Shown: piece after piece, positions 18,359 through 29,148 of the stretch
Position numbering within the stretch: position 1 is the stretch's first letter
How the letters are laid out: every line of letters begins with the position of its first letter
Assembly (NCBI GenBank): GCA_963677495.2
Contig: CAXXOU010000001.1
Span: forward strand, 224,001-288,000
DNA length: 64,000 nt
Source of the DNA: Candidatus Cloacimonadales bacterium
Lineage (GTDB): Bacteria > Cloacimonadota > Cloacimonadia > Cloacimonadales > JAFGVF01
Direction of reading: 5' to 3'
Position numbers and translations under genes: made by a program
Notes under the pieces: generated by a model
The model's input: only the letters and a program-made list of their open reading frames with translations
What the model was told of the DNA's origin: nothing
Database searches by the model: none

Positions 18359-20842
18359 CTATTCAGCAGGTACATCATTCATTAATGACTGGTAAATAGT
18401 ATCAATAAGTTGGAATACAGGTTTAGTTGTATCGAACTCAAGTTCAACAATATCTTCATCGTCATTAGTATCTATCTGACTTTCCATATAAGATAATGGG
18501 AAACCAAACATATAGGCTTGACCACCGGCAGTTACATTAGTTTTGAATGCAACTGTCTGCAGATTATACTGTTCATACTCGTCCGGTGTTGGTGGTCTGT
18601 TATCATCATAAACAGACTTACAATTGTACATAGCAATTGAGTTTTCAGTTCCTTCTGCGATTGGGAAATATGTTACAGGACCAATACCGGCAAATCTATC
18701 AACATAAGTACTGAAAGCTATATCTTCATCTACTTCTAAATTAACAGTTGTATCCTGCATATAACTACTGGAAATTTGAGCACCAATGAAGTATGGATTA
18801 GCTGCAGCGTTAGTAGTAACAGAAGCTGTGTAAAGATCTATTGGGGCTTCAAGTGAATTTGTGAACCCAAAAATTCTTTCGAAGAAAGTTTTCTCTTCTG
18901 TGAAACTATTTCTGATAGCTGAATCAATATTTGCTCCACCACTAAAGAGTATGTTACCACCACTCATCATATAAAGAGCAAGACCATCGTTTTCAGCTAC
19001 AAGAGCAGTTGGTGCACCTGGAGAATCAGCATGATAAACAACTAACTTATATTGATTAAGATCAGTTGGAGATATTCTTCTGCCAATATAGTCCATATTG
19101 TTTTCAAGATCTTGAAGATCAAGATTATCAACAGTAGCAACATTCTCAAAAGCTGTATTATAGAAATCATCAGTGAACTGTTCAGGGCTCAAGAAAGCTT
19201 GTTGATCACTTGGATGGTCATCATCAATAATAAGAACACCATCTTTCTGGTCAGTAGGGATAGGTTCCTGAACGATGAATTCAAGAACAGCTGGAGTTTT
19301 GTCTGCCTCACCCTGAAGGTCAACAGCTCTAACTTCAAACTTATGGTAACCATAATCAAGACCTGTAACAACAACGCTTTGAGCGATATCGTTGTCAGCA
19401 GGTACTCTTAACCAAGTTTCACCTGCGTAGTCACCACTTTCATCAGTAACAGTACTTTCAGCAAGTGGAGGATAGTTGTAAGCTGCTCCGTCTAAACGTA
19501 AGTCATAATATTCAACAGAAGAGAAGTAGTTCTCATCAGTTTCTTCGTCTAAAAGGATATTAAGAGCACTATCATAAGGATTATCAGTAACAACTTCCTC
19601 AGAAGTAGATTCGTTTCTATAACCATATTGGCCATGGTAACCCCAGCGTAACCAGAGTTTCAAATCACTAGATCCAAGACAAGCATAGAAACCATCTTTA
19701 TTTTTGAAGAGTGCAGTTGCATAGCGACCTTCCACGATTGGAGGATCTTCTTCAAGCTCTTTATAGCGATAATCAGTGAAATGGTTTTCACCAATAGCAT
19801 ATGTTCTTTCAGGATAAATCATAGTCTGCGCATGATAACCTTCGCGAACAGCAAAACGGATTATCTTATCTTCTGACTGAATACCGGCCATATCAACAGA
19901 ACGGGCTACAACCTCAGTATAAGAAACCTGAAGTGAGTTTTCAAAGTCTGATGAGATTGAAGGTTCAGTATATTTTGTAAGTAAGAACTCAGAAATACCT
20001 TCCATATTACCATGGTCTTTTGTACTATACCATGTGCTATCAGCAGGAAGAGTTTCTATAATTGCTTGTGTAGAAGCATTTCTTTTTAAAACTTTAAACA
20101 TATAGTAGTCAGCTTCAGCTTCAACGAACGGATCGCTATCGTTAATACTGAAATCCAAAACGATACCTGTACCAACACTTGAAAGTTCACGAGCGTTGAA
20201 AGGATCTGGAGCATTAAGAGCACCTTTAGCAAGTTTTAAAAGACAAGTAGGTTTTTCAGACATAGCTTTATATTTTTTGTTAGCAATATCTGAAATAGCT
20301 CCTCTGTTATCCATACAGATAACTTCTAAAGTTGTAATTCTCTCTAATGGGTTTCCATCAGCATCAGCAGATGGTAAGTTAAGAGTAACATACTTCTGGT
20401 CTGACCAGATTGTTTTACTCTCATTTGGTGCATCAGCAAGTGATGTTTCTTGTAAAGCACCTTCTTTAAAATGAACTACCCAACCACCACCATGAAGATC
20501 TTTAACATCATCAGGTACGATTGCATTTTCTGTATCAACTACAGAGTTACCAGGAGTACTGATAGGATCACCGTTCTCATCAAGTATACGATAAGCATAA
20601 GATACAACTGTACCATCCTTATCCACTGCATGCCAATAAACACGCTGCCTTGAATAAACAACTAAACTATCAGGATATTCTGCATTATCAACTGAAACAT
20701 CAGTTCCTTCGTAAGATGTGATTGAGATTTCAGGAATCTCATTTGCAGTTCTTTCACCATCTACACCACATCCATAAAAAAGAAAAGAAACTACTAATGT
20801 CAAAAGCAACATAGTAACCAATTTGTTACCTGCTTTTTTCAT
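18359..20842 (-). CDS. large acidic lipoprotein with Ig/FN3-like modules, function unknown
   Basis: GGGAGG RBS; MKKAGNK + hydrophobic stretch + FYGC lipobox; recurring motifs such as FEVRAVDLQGEADKTPA and ARSVDMAG. Confidence 0.8.
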   Translation of the reverse strand: MKKAGNKLVTMLLLTLVVSFLFYGCGVDGERTANEIPEISITSYEGTDVSVDNAEYPDSLVVYSRQRVYWHAVDKDGTVVSYAYRILDENGDPISTPGNSVVDTENAIVPDDVKDLHGGGWVVHFKEGALQETSLADAPNESKTIWSDQKYVTLNLPSADADGNPLERITTLEVICMDNRGAISDIANKKYKAMSEKPTCLLKLAKGALNAPDPFNARELSSVGTGIVLDFSINDSDPFVEAEADYYMFKVLKRNASTQAIIETLPADSTWYSTKDHGNMEGISEFLLTKYTEPSISSDFENSLQVSYTEVVARSVDMAGIQSEDKIIRFAVREGYHAQTMIYPERTYAIGENHFTDYRYKELEEDPPIVEGRYATALFKNKDGFYACLGSSDLKLWLRWGYHGQYGYRNESTSEEVVTDNPYDSALNILLDEETDENYFSSVEYYDLRLDGAAYNYPPLAESTVTDESGDYAGETWLRVPADNDIAQSVVVTGLDYGYHKFEVRAVDLQGEADKTPAVLEFIVQEPIPTDQKDGVLIIDDDHPSDQQAFLSPEQFTDDFYNTAFENVATVDNLDLQDLENNMDYIGRRISPTDLNQYKLVVYHADSPGAPTALVAENDGLALYMMSGGNILFSGGANIDSAIRNSFTEEKTFFERIFGFTNSLEAPIDLYTASVTTNAAANPYFIGAQISSSYMQDTTVNLEVDEDIAFSTYVDRFAGIGPVTYFPIAEGTENSIAMYNCKSVYDDNRPPTPDEYEQYNLQTVAFKTNVTAGGQAYMFGFPLSYMESQIDTNDDEDIVELEFDTTKPVFQLIDTIYQSLMNDVPAE

Positions 20843-20942
20843 AATTTTCCTCCCATATTTATCATCTTCGCTAATTTTACACTTAGGGATATTACCTTTA
20901 TTAAATCTTTCTTCTATTAAGTCAATAATTTTTTTGATGTCG

Positions 20943-21803
20943 TTAAGCATTATTAAGCCTCGCAGCTACAAGCACATTGTACAAGAGTTTGTATGTAGTA
21001 AGAGAACCAATTCCTCCGGGAACGGGAGTTATGGCTGATGCTTTATCATAGCAACCCTCATAATCTACATCTCCAACATACTTTGCTGAGCCATCTTCTG
21101 CTATAACTTCATTGATGCCTACATCAATAACAATAGCACCATCTTTGACCATCTTCTCTGTGACAAAGTTAGCTCGACCAATTGCAGCTACAAGGATATC
21201 TGCCTGAGAAGTGAAGTCGACTAGATTCTTAGTTCGGCTGTGGCAAATTGTGACTGTTGCATTACCTGTTGTATCTTTTCTTAAGAAGAGATTTGCCAGT
21301 GGCTTTCCAACTATATTACTTCTACCAATAATTACAATATGCTTACCATTAGTTTGAATCTCATTTGCTTCCAACATTTCAAGAACAGCAGCAGGTGTAC
21401 ATGGGATGAAATGAGACTCTTCCATATAAAGCCCACCAAGATTTTGAAGGTGAAAACCATCAACGTCTTTATCAGGAGAGATTGCTTTAACTACTGCATC
21501 CTCTTCAATATGCTTTGGTAATGGTTTTTGTAACATGATTCCATCACACTCAGCTGATTCATTTAGCTTGAGAATCAATCTAATCAATTCATCCTGTGTG
21601 ATTGTGGTTTCAAAACGTAAGATATCAACATTGATACCTACTTTCTTACCGTTCTTAGCAAGGTTCTGCACATAATATGCTGCAGCAGGATCTTCACCGA
21701 TTAGGATAATATTCAGAGTAGGTACTTTTCCTAACTCAGCAATCTGAGTTTTAAGAACTTTATACTTCTCTTTTGTTATAGGTCTTGCTTTCAAATCTTT
21801 CAT
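20943..21803 (-). CDS. folD: bifunctional methylenetetrahydrofolate dehydrogenase/cyclohydrolase
   Basis: KDVDGFH, PCTP, GRSNIVGKP, TPVPGG. Confidence 0.97.
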   Translation of the reverse strand: MKDLKARPITKEKYKVLKTQIAELGKVPTLNIILIGEDPAAAYYVQNLAKNGKKVGINVDILRFETTITQDELIRLILKLNESAECDGIMLQKPLPKHIEEDAVVKAISPDKDVDGFHLQNLGGLYMEESHFIPCTPAAVLEMLEANEIQTNGKHIVIIGRSNIVGKPLANLFLRKDTTGNATVTICHSRTKNLVDFTSQADILVAAIGRANFVTEKMVKDGAIVIDVGINEVIAEDGSAKYVGDVDYEGCYDKASAITPVPGGIGSLTTYKLLYNVLVAARLNNA

Positions 21804-21804
21804 A

Positions 21805-23364
21805 TTACTTAGCTACTGCAACCTGTCTTGTTTCTCTAATTACTGTAACTTTGATTTGACCGGGATATTGGACATCCTTTTCAATCTTCTCAGCAATGTC
21901 ATTTGCAATATATGGAGTCTTAGTATCATCAATCTCAGATGGTTCAACAATAATTCTAAGTTCTCTACCTGCCTGGATAGCGTAAGTTTTAGTAACACCA
22001 TCAACAGATCCGGCAATATCTTCAAGTTGTTCAAGACGTTTCATATAGCTTTCAAGCATCTCTCTTCTAGCACCCGGACGGGCTCCTGAGATAGCATCAC
22101 AAGCTTGTACGAGTGGAGCGTAAACAGAAGTAGGCTCAACATCTTCATGATGAGCTTCAACAGCATTGATGATAATTTTGCTTTCACCGTTCTTACGAAC
22201 AATGTTAGCACCGATAGCAGCATGTGAACCTTCGAATTCATGGTCAACTGCTTTACCAATATCGTGAAGAAGAGCAGCTCTACGAGCGATTTGCTGGTTA
22301 AGCCCAAGTTCAGCAGCCATAATACCACACATCCAAGCTGCCTCAATAGAGTGTTGGAGTATATTCTGACCATAACTGGTTCTATAATGGAGTCTACCAA
22401 GCAGTTTAATAAGGTTTGGTGAAAGATTATGAATATTGGCTTCAAGTGATGCCTTTTCACCTATCTTCACAAGGTTTTCATCCATCTCTTTACCTGTTTT
22501 TTCGATAACTTCTTCGATTCTACCAGGATGGATTCTACCATCTTGGATAAGTTTTTCTAATGAAAGTCTGGCAATCTCTCTACGTACAGGATCGAAACAT
22601 GAAAGAACAACAGCTTCCGGAGTATCGTCTATGATAAGGTCAACGCCTGAAGCTTTTTCGAATGCACGAATATTTCTACCTTCACGTCCGATAATTCTAC
22701 CCTTCATTTCGTCACCAGGTAATGATACAACTGCAACTGTGCTCTCTGAGACATGGTCAACTGCCATTCTTTGGATAGAGAGAGCTAGAATTTCAGCTGT
22801 CTTCTTCTGAGCATCATTCTTAGCTTGGCTAATCATATCTCTAACTTCACCGGAGATTCTTTTCTTAACTCCACCTACAAGTTCTGTCTTAAGCTGATCA
22901 GAAGCTTCATCTCTAGTCATCCCGGCAATCTCAATAAGTTTCTTCTCTTGATCTTCAATAAGAGTATCAAGTTGTTTATCTCTTTTGTCGATTTTAACTT
23001 CAAGATCTTTTAATTGTGATTCCTGTTTTTGAAGGTTACCCTCTTTCTTATCAAGAGACTCGATTCTCTTCTCAAGCTTAGTTACACGTTCATTATAAGT
23101 GTTTTCTTGAGTTCTGAGCTCTCTTTGTCTCTCTTTGATTTCATCTTCATAGGTTTTCTTGGTTTTGTACCATTCTTCTTTGGCTTCTAAGATTGTTTCT
23201 TTGCGAATTGAGGATTTCTCGTTGGTAGCTTCTTCAATAATTTTATCTGCTTGATCTTTAGCTGTAAAGATAATAGCCTTAGACCTTTGTTTGAGGATAA
23301 GAAACAGAATACCTGCACCGATTAGTCCTATAACTAAACCGATCAGAATATAAACAATATTCAT
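21805..23364 (-). CDS. rny: ribonuclease Y
   Basis: N-terminal TM helix, coiled coil, KH (MKGRIIGREGRNIR), HD (LLHDIGK), AIQAGRE. Confidence 0.98.
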   Translation of the reverse strand: MNIVYILIGLVIGLIGAGILFLILKQRSKAIIFTAKDQADKIIEEATNEKSSIRKETILEAKEEWYKTKKTYEDEIKERQRELRTQENTYNERVTKLEKRIESLDKKEGNLQKQESQLKDLEVKIDKRDKQLDTLIEDQEKKLIEIAGMTRDEASDQLKTELVGGVKKRISGEVRDMISQAKNDAQKKTAEILALSIQRMAVDHVSESTVAVVSLPGDEMKGRIIGREGRNIRAFEKASGVDLIIDDTPEAVVLSCFDPVRREIARLSLEKLIQDGRIHPGRIEEVIEKTGKEMDENLVKIGEKASLEANIHNLSPNLIKLLGRLHYRTSYGQNILQHSIEAAWMCGIMAAELGLNQQIARRAALLHDIGKAVDHEFEGSHAAIGANIVRKNGESKIIINAVEAHHEDVEPTSVYAPLVQACDAISGARPGARREMLESYMKRLEQLEDIAGSVDGVTKTYAIQAGRELRIIVEPSEIDDTKTPYIANDIAEKIEKDVQYPGQIKVTVIRETRQVAVAK

Positions 23365-23387
23365 CGTTTTCCCTTTTTGATATAAAC

Positions 23388-23557
23388 TCTACCCACTGTA
23401 CCGTGTTTGTTTGACTGTTGTGAACCTTTAACAAGGTGGGTAGCTTACAAATTAGCTTTATTTTTCCGGATATACCGGCCTAAATGCCACTAGTAGCTTG
23501 CTTCCCTATTTAACATTAGTTCAAAAGCAACACAAGGTCACGAATACCGCAGGTAGA
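23388..23557 (-). ncRNA. ssrS: 6S RNA
   Basis: About 170 nt between zapA and rny (typical synteny); ends pair (TCTAC/GTAGA); TGAAC...TAGGG and CCCACC...GGTTCA flank the central bubble. Confidence 0.8.
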
Positions 23558-23559
23558 CG

Positions 23560-23829
23560 TTAAATATTATCGTTTAATAAGGAATCGGCAGCATTTAATA
23601 CGGATAATTCGGAGCGAACAGATTCTAACTCACCTCTTAACTTGAGGTATTCCTCAGTAAGAATCATTGAAAATAGTACTAATAACTTGTCTCTATCAAG
23701 CTCGTTAAACTTGTTAGCAAGCTTGTTTAATTCAGAATTTATATATAGTTCTAATTGTCTCGTATTCTCTGGAGAGTCAGTTTTCATCTGGTATCTTCGC
23801 CCGAAGATGTCAACGCTGATTGATTCCAT
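23560..23829 (-). CDS. zapA: cell division protein ZapA
   Basis: ISVDIFGRRY motif, size, position between pheT and 6S/rny. Confidence 0.85.
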   Translation of the reverse strand: MESISVDIFGRRYQMKTDSPENTRQLELYINSELNKLANKFNELDRDKLLVLFSMILTEEYLKLRGELESVRSELSVLNAADSLLNDNI

Positions 23830-23838
23830 AATTTATTT

Positions 23839-24204
23839 TTATACTTCGTCTAATAACGGTAAAATATCTTGCAATTTCTCAGAAATACTATTAGCTTTAT
23901 TATTAGCTTCAGTAAGAGTATTTCCAAGGTTTTCTTTCTCAGTTGTCAATGCATTCACTCGTTCTTCGAGTTCAGCTTTCTGAGTTTCAAGCTCAACTAT
24001 TCTTTCATTAGCAATTTCTAGTTCAAGAGTTTTCTCATCTCTAGCATTCTCTGTTGAGCTGAGTTTAGTTTTAAGTTCTTCATGTTCATTTTTAAGAGTT
24101 GCATGTTTCTCTTTTAAAGATTTAAATCCATCTATTAACCTCTGAATCTGCTGGCCTAAAGCACTGTCGTTCTGAGGGGTAGTCTGTTGCTGATTATCAA
24201 ACAT
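23839..24204 (-). CDS. coiled-coil protein (ZapB-like)
   Basis: Heptad-rich ORF between pheT and zapA; GAGG RBS before ATG 24204. Confidence 0.7.
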   Translation of the reverse strand: MFDNQQQTTPQNDSALGQQIQRLIDGFKSLKEKHATLKNEHEELKTKLSSTENARDEKTLELEIANERIVELETQKAELEERVNALTTEKENLGNTLTEANNKANSISEKLQDILPLLDEV

Positions 24205-24209
24205 ATATA

Positions 24210-26612
24210 TTACCTCATTTTGATATTGCACTGCTGTTCTAACAGCTTAAGAATTTTTTTGAAAAGGTTCTCAATGAAGTTATCTGTCAATGTTTTTTTC
24301 TCTGAACCGAAGATTATTGAGAACGTTAAACTTCTTGCTCCTTCTTCAATACCTTTTCCTTTATATTCATCAATGAGTTTTACGTCCTTGATTATCGAGG
24401 GATTAACCGATTTTATTGCCTTCGCAATCTTCTCGATTGTTACATCTACTGATGCCTGGAAAGACAAATCACGTCTTATTAATGGGAACTTAGATGGTTC
24501 AACAAACTCCCTCGGGCTGGTTGAAGCAATGCCTAACATCGCTGTCAGGTTAAAATCAAATACAAAAATATCTTGTTTGAAATCAAGAATGTTGATTCCA
24601 AAATTCTCGGCTACCTCCGGATTCAACTTACCAAAGTAACCTATCTCTTTACCCTTAACTTCTACTCTTAATGACATATTAGTTACAAGATATGGATTCT
24701 CACAAACTTGGAATCTTGCTTTAGATACTTTCATCGCATCCAAAAGCTCTTCAGCAATACCTTTTACATCGTAGAAGTCTATTACTTCAGCCTTATCCTG
24801 CCAATACTGTCCTGCCCTCACACCGGTCATCAAACCTGCCAACTGATAGTTCTCAGTATATTCGGCATCAACATTATGATAAACTTTGTTGATTTCAAAC
24901 GTCTTAAGATCTTGTGACCCACGATTCATGTTGTAAGTTGCAACCTTAATCTGGTCAGTAATCAAATTAGTTCTTAAGATAGAAGTATCTGTACCCTGTG
25001 GATTAATAAGTTTAACAGCTTTTCTAAGATAATCATCTTCAGTAAATTTAAGTTTATCATAGTCTTCAGGATTAGCAAAGGAGAGTGTTATAGTATCATA
25101 GAAACCATTGTTAATCAGAACATCCTGCAATTTTCTCTTTGCAGTAAACAGAGGAAAGTTCATTATACGCTGTGGTTTAATACGCTGATCTACATTGTTA
25201 TAACCATGAAGTCTAATAATCTCTTCGATCAGATCTATTTCTCTTGTAAGATCATTTCTATAAGATGGTACTTCAAAATAGAGAGTATCATCTTTATTCT
25301 CTTTGAACTTAAGTCCTAAGTTTTGGAGATATGCAATAATAGTACTATTATCAATATTGATAGTAAGAACTTTCTTCATCCTTTCAGGACGGATTCCAAC
25401 TACATTAGCTTCAAGTTTAGCTGTACTTTCATCAAGACAGCCTTTTACAATAGTCCCTCCTGACATCATAAGAATCAAGTCACAAGCTCTGTCACAAATA
25501 ATGTCACATGTTTCAGGGCTCATACCTCTTTCAAATCTGTATGAAGAATCAGTGAACACTTTATGTTTGTAAGAGCTCTTACGTACAGTTGGATATTCAA
25601 AACAAGCCGCTTCAATAACAACATTAACAGTATTCTCGTTTATACTTTTAGGATCTCCACCGATAATACCTGCAAGAGCAATAGGAGCTTCTCCATCAGC
25701 AATGACAAGGTCATCTGATGTTAACTCATAAGTCTCACCGTTTAGAGCTTCGAGTTTTTCACCATCAACTGCATCTCTAACGATGATCTCTTTATTTGTA
25801 AGAAGATCATAGTCAAAACCATGGATTGGATGTCCCCACTCCATCATCACGAAGTTAGTTATATCAACAATTGTATTAATCGGTCTCAAACCTACACCAA
25901 TAAGATATCTTTGCAACCAATCAGGTGATTCTTGAACTTTAACACCTTTAACAACTCTCGCTTTATAACGTGAGCATTTATCATTTTGCTCAATGCGCAA
26001 TTTTAGGAGGTCAGAGATCTTCTCTTCTCCTTCTTTCAAGTTAGGAGTAACAGTTCTTAATGGTAAATTTAACAGGGCGGAAAGATCACGAGCAACACCA
26101 ACCATACCTAATAAGTCCGGTCGGTTAGGAGTGATTTCAACTTCATAGATTGTATCATCAAGCTCATAGTAAGAAGCAAGGTCAGTACCGAGTGGAGCAT
26201 CTTCAGGTAACTCAATAATTCCATCATGGTTATCTGAGAGTTCTAACTCTTTTTCAGAACAGATCATACCAAAAGATTGGTGTCCGCGAAGCTTAGCTTT
26301 CTTGATTTTAAACTCACCAAGAACAGTTCCTACCGGTGCAAAAGCTATTTTAAGCCCTGCACGAACATTAGGAGCACCACATACAACCTGAACTGTCTCA
26401 GTACCATCATTAACCTGACAGATACTAAGATGATCAGAATCAGGCATAGGGTCGCAACTAACAACTTCAGCTATTTTGATCTGTTTCTGTAAACTACCAC
26501 TTTTTTCTACTGCTTCTACTTCGATTCCGGCAAAGGTCAATCTATCTTCAAGCTCTTCCGGAGTAAGCTTCAAATCTATGTATTGTTTTAGCCAATTATA
26601 ACTAATCCGCAT
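24210..26612 (-). CDS. pheT: phenylalanine--tRNA ligase beta subunit
   Basis: ISYNWL, VCGAPN, GMICS, ITPNRPD, RFERG, DLIEEIIRLHGY, RDLS. Confidence 0.98.
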   Translation of the reverse strand: MRISYNWLKQYIDLKLTPEELEDRLTFAGIEVEAVEKSGSLQKQIKIAEVVSCDPMPDSDHLSICQVNDGTETVQVVCGAPNVRAGLKIAFAPVGTVLGEFKIKKAKLRGHQSFGMICSEKELELSDNHDGIIELPEDAPLGTDLASYYELDDTIYEVEITPNRPDLLGMVGVARDLSALLNLPLRTVTPNLKEGEEKISDLLKLRIEQNDKCSRYKARVVKGVKVQESPDWLQRYLIGVGLRPINTIVDITNFVMMEWGHPIHGFDYDLLTNKEIIVRDAVDGEKLEALNGETYELTSDDLVIADGEAPIALAGIIGGDPKSINENTVNVVIEAACFEYPTVRKSSYKHKVFTDSSYRFERGMSPETCDIICDRACDLILMMSGGTIVKGCLDESTAKLEANVVGIRPERMKKVLTINIDNSTIIAYLQNLGLKFKENKDDTLYFEVPSYRNDLTREIDLIEEIIRLHGYNNVDQRIKPQRIMNFPLFTAKRKLQDVLINNGFYDTITLSFANPEDYDKLKFTEDDYLRKAVKLINPQGTDTSILRTNLITDQIKVATYNMNRGSQDLKTFEINKVYHNVDAEYTENYQLAGLMTGVRAGQYWQDKAEVIDFYDVKGIAEELLDAMKVSKARFQVCENPYLVTNMSLRVEVKGKEIGYFGKLNPEVAENFGINILDFKQDIFVFDFNLTAMLGIASTSPREFVEPSKFPLIRRDLSFQASVDVTIEKIAKAIKSVNPSIIKDVKLIDEYKGKGIEEGARSLTFSIIFGSEKKTLTDNFIENLFKKILKLLEQQCNIKMR

Positions 26613-26629
26613 TGTAATTCCTGTTTATA

Positions 26630-27661
26630 TTAGTTTTCGTCTCTGAACTGTTTTAAGACTCTTAAGTCATTTTCGTAAAGAACTCTAATATCTCGGATTT
26701 TGTACTTCAACATAGCAATACGATCGATACCAAGACCGAAAGCAAAGCCTGTATACTTTTCAGAGTCTATTCCGGTTTTCTCGAAAACATTTGGGTCCAC
26801 CATTCCGGCTCCACCCATCTCGATCCATCCGCTGTCTTTACAAATCCTACATCCGCTACCACCGCAACCGATACAGCTGATATCAATCTCAGCACTTGGT
26901 TCAGTGAACGGGAAGAAATGTGGTCTGATACGTGATTTAGTACCGGGACCAAACATCTTAACAACAAACTGATTTAGTGTATCTTTTAGATCAGCAAAGG
27001 TAACATTCTCATCCACATAGAGTGCTTCAACCTGATGGAATACAGGTGAATGAGTAGCATCAATCTTATCATTTCTATAGGCTCTGCCCGGAGCAATGAT
27101 TCTGATTGGTGGCTCAAACTTCTCCATAGTTCTAATCTGAACAGGAGATGTATGAGTTCTCAGCAGAAGATTGTTTTCAACATAGAATGTATCCGCAAGG
27201 TTCCTTGAAGGGTGGTCTTGAGGAGTATTCAAAGCATCAAAGTTATGAAACTCATCTTCTATGTCAGCACCTTCCGCAATCTCGAAACCGAGACTTAAGA
27301 AAGCATCTTCAATCTCACGCCATACTAGAGTGAGAGGATGGAGAGACCCTTTATTAAAGCGACGACCGGGCATTGTTAAATCGATTGAAACATCCTTATT
27401 TTGACGAGTAATCTCAGCACTCTTCAAAGCAGCTTGTTTCTCAGTAATCAATTTATCAAGAGCCTTTTTTGCATCGTTAATAGCTTTACCAAATGCAGGT
27501 CTCTCTTCGGGACTAAGTTCTCTCAGCTTGGTCATAAGCTGACTTAGCTCACTCTTTTTCCCTAAAAAAGTGGATTTAAGATTTAACAGTTCAGGCACTT
27601 TCTGTGCCTTAGAAACCTTCTCCTCTGCTAATTCAATAATCCTTTTTAACTTTTCCTTCAC
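26630..27661 (-). CDS. pheS: phenylalanine--tRNA ligase alpha subunit
   Basis: GSLHP, LLRTHTSPVQIR, FHQVE, FPFTEPS, GFAFGLG. Confidence 0.98.
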   Translation of the reverse strand: MKEKLKRIIELAEEKVSKAQKVPELLNLKSTFLGKKSELSQLMTKLRELSPEERPAFGKAINDAKKALDKLITEKQAALKSAEITRQNKDVSIDLTMPGRRFNKGSLHPLTLVWREIEDAFLSLGFEIAEGADIEDEFHNFDALNTPQDHPSRNLADTFYVENNLLLRTHTSPVQIRTMEKFEPPIRIIAPGRAYRNDKIDATHSPVFHQVEALYVDENVTFADLKDTLNQFVVKMFGPGTKSRIRPHFFPFTEPSAEIDISCIGCGGSGCRICKDSGWIEMGGAGMVDPNVFEKTGIDSEKYTGFAFGLGIDRIAMLKYKIRDIRVLYENDLRVLKQFRDEN

Positions 27662-27666
27662 TGTAT

Positions 27667-28017
27667 TTATTCACCTTTTGCAAGCTGACAAACACGTGCG
27701 AAAGCTTCAGCATCATGCCAAGCTAAGTGTGCAAGAACCTTACGGTTGATGCGGATCTCAGCTTTGTGTAATCCATTGATTAACTGGCTATATGATAAAC
27801 CGTTGATTCTGCTGGCTGCATTGATACGTGTAATCCAAAGACGACGGAAGTTACGTTTTCTTTGTTTTCTATCTCTATATGCGTATGTCCAACCTTTTTC
27901 TACGGTTTGACGGGCTGTTTTATATCTTTTACTACGGGCTCCAAAATAACCCTTGGCAGCTTTTAAATATCCTTTCTTTCTTCTCTTAGCGGCTACATTA
28001 TTCGCTGAACGTGGCAT
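27667..28017 (-). CDS. rplT: 50S ribosomal protein L20
   Basis: AKGYFG, YAYRDR, FRRLWITRINAA. Confidence 0.98.
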   Translation of the reverse strand: MPRSANNVAAKRRKKGYLKAAKGYFGARSKRYKTARQTVEKGWTYAYRDRKQRKRNFRRLWITRINAASRINGLSYSQLINGLHKAEIRINRKVLAHLAWHDAEAFARVCQLAKGE

Positions 28018-28049
28018 TGCTTTCTCCTTTAATTATAAATTTTCTTTTC

Positions 28050-28244
28050 TTAGCAACCAAGCATCTTTTTGACTCTTGGTACGTCTGCCTTAACAACTAT
28101 CGCAGAGTCTCTGAGGTTTCTTTTGAGCTTTCTGCTTTTCTTGGTTTTAATATGAGCTGCTTTAGCGTGGTGACGTTTTACCTTACCGCTTCCGGTTACT
28201 TTGAATCTTTTAGCTGCCGCTCTATGTGTTTTGATCTTTGGCAT
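28050..28244 (-). CDS. rpmI: 50S ribosomal protein L35
   Basis: [21 protein letters not shown]. Confidence 0.98.
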   Translation of the reverse strand: MPKIKTHRAAAKRFKVTGSGKVKRHHAKAAHIKTKKSRKLKRNLRDSAIVVKADVPRVKKMLGC

Positions 28245-28264
28245 TATTCCTCCTCAATCTTCGT

Positions 28265-28888
28265 CTATTCGTTTGTGTCTTCCTGTACTTCGTGATTGTC
28301 AATCTCTACATCCAAATTCTTCTGGGCGAGGATCTTATCAATCTCTTTTTTAGGACTAACTACCATTGACAACAAGTTTCTGTCGCTTCTTGGTTTTGAA
28401 TCAACATCTATGATATCTTTCAAATCTTCTGTAATACGCTCTAACAGCTCGAAACCTCTGTCTCTATGAGCCATCTGGCGTCCACGGAACCTTACTGTAA
28501 ACTTCACTTTATTGTGCTGTTTAAGGAACTTCATGGCATTTTTCTTTTTGAAGTTATAGTCATGCTCTTCAGTGTTAGGTCCGAATTTAACCTCTTTAAC
28601 CTGAACTACATGCTGTTTTTTCCTGGCTTCACGAGCCCTGCGCTCTTTCTCATAATAATACTTACTAAAATCAAGTATTCTACATACAGGTGGTTTTGCC
28701 TTAGGAGAGATCTCAACTAAGTCAAGCCCGGTTTCTTCAGCTTTCTTCAAAGCCATTTTAATGCTTACAACACCAACCTGGTTTCCATCTGCGCCAATCA
28801 GTCTTACTTCTCTTGCAGTAATCTGACCATTAATGTTCTCTTTAGGGACGACTTCTTTAGTCTTTGCCTTCCCTCTGCGTATCCGAAT
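28265..28888 (-). CDS. infC: translation initiation factor IF-3 with non-canonical ATT start (ATT 28888, ATA 28891 or ATT 28894)
   Basis: The frame extends upstream of the track ORF: ...KENINGQITAREVRLIGADGNQVGVV...; AGGAGG followed by TTT ATT ATA ATT in frame. Confidence 0.95.
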   Translation of the reverse strand: MRIRRGKAKTKEVVPKENINGQITAREVRLIGADGNQVGVVSIKMALKKAEETGLDLVEISPKAKPPVCRILDFSKYYYEKERRAREARKKQHVVQVKEVKFGPNTEEHDYNFKKKNAMKFLKQHNKVKFTVRFRGRQMAHRDRGFELLERITEDLKDIIDVDSKPRSDRNLLSMVVSPKKEIDKILAQKNLDVEIDNHEVQEDTNE

Positions 28889-28933
28889 TATAATAAACCT
28901 CCTGTGTTTATCCCGGTTAATTCTTTCGCCAAT

Positions 28934-29043
28934 AAAAAAAGGCGGTTAATACCGCCTGCTTAGAATAGTGCTCTCGCCCTATTCATCACTAACCTTACTC
29001 ATAATCTTGCAATGGTAAGGTAGAAGCAGACAGCTTCATTTCC
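28934..29043 (-). promoter_or_regulatory. L20 leader-like attenuator of infC-rpmI-rplT
   Basis: Minus strand TGAAGC-tgtct-GCTTCTACCT motif, then terminator AGGCGG...CCGCC-T7 before infC. Confidence 0.75.
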
Positions 29044-29148
29044 TTAATGACATGTACAAGATTTATGATTGCCTAACTACGTCAAGAAAAAAGAATTAAT
29101 TGACGTTGTGGACATTAAGTGGACATAGTTGACTTAGTAGGAGGAGCG

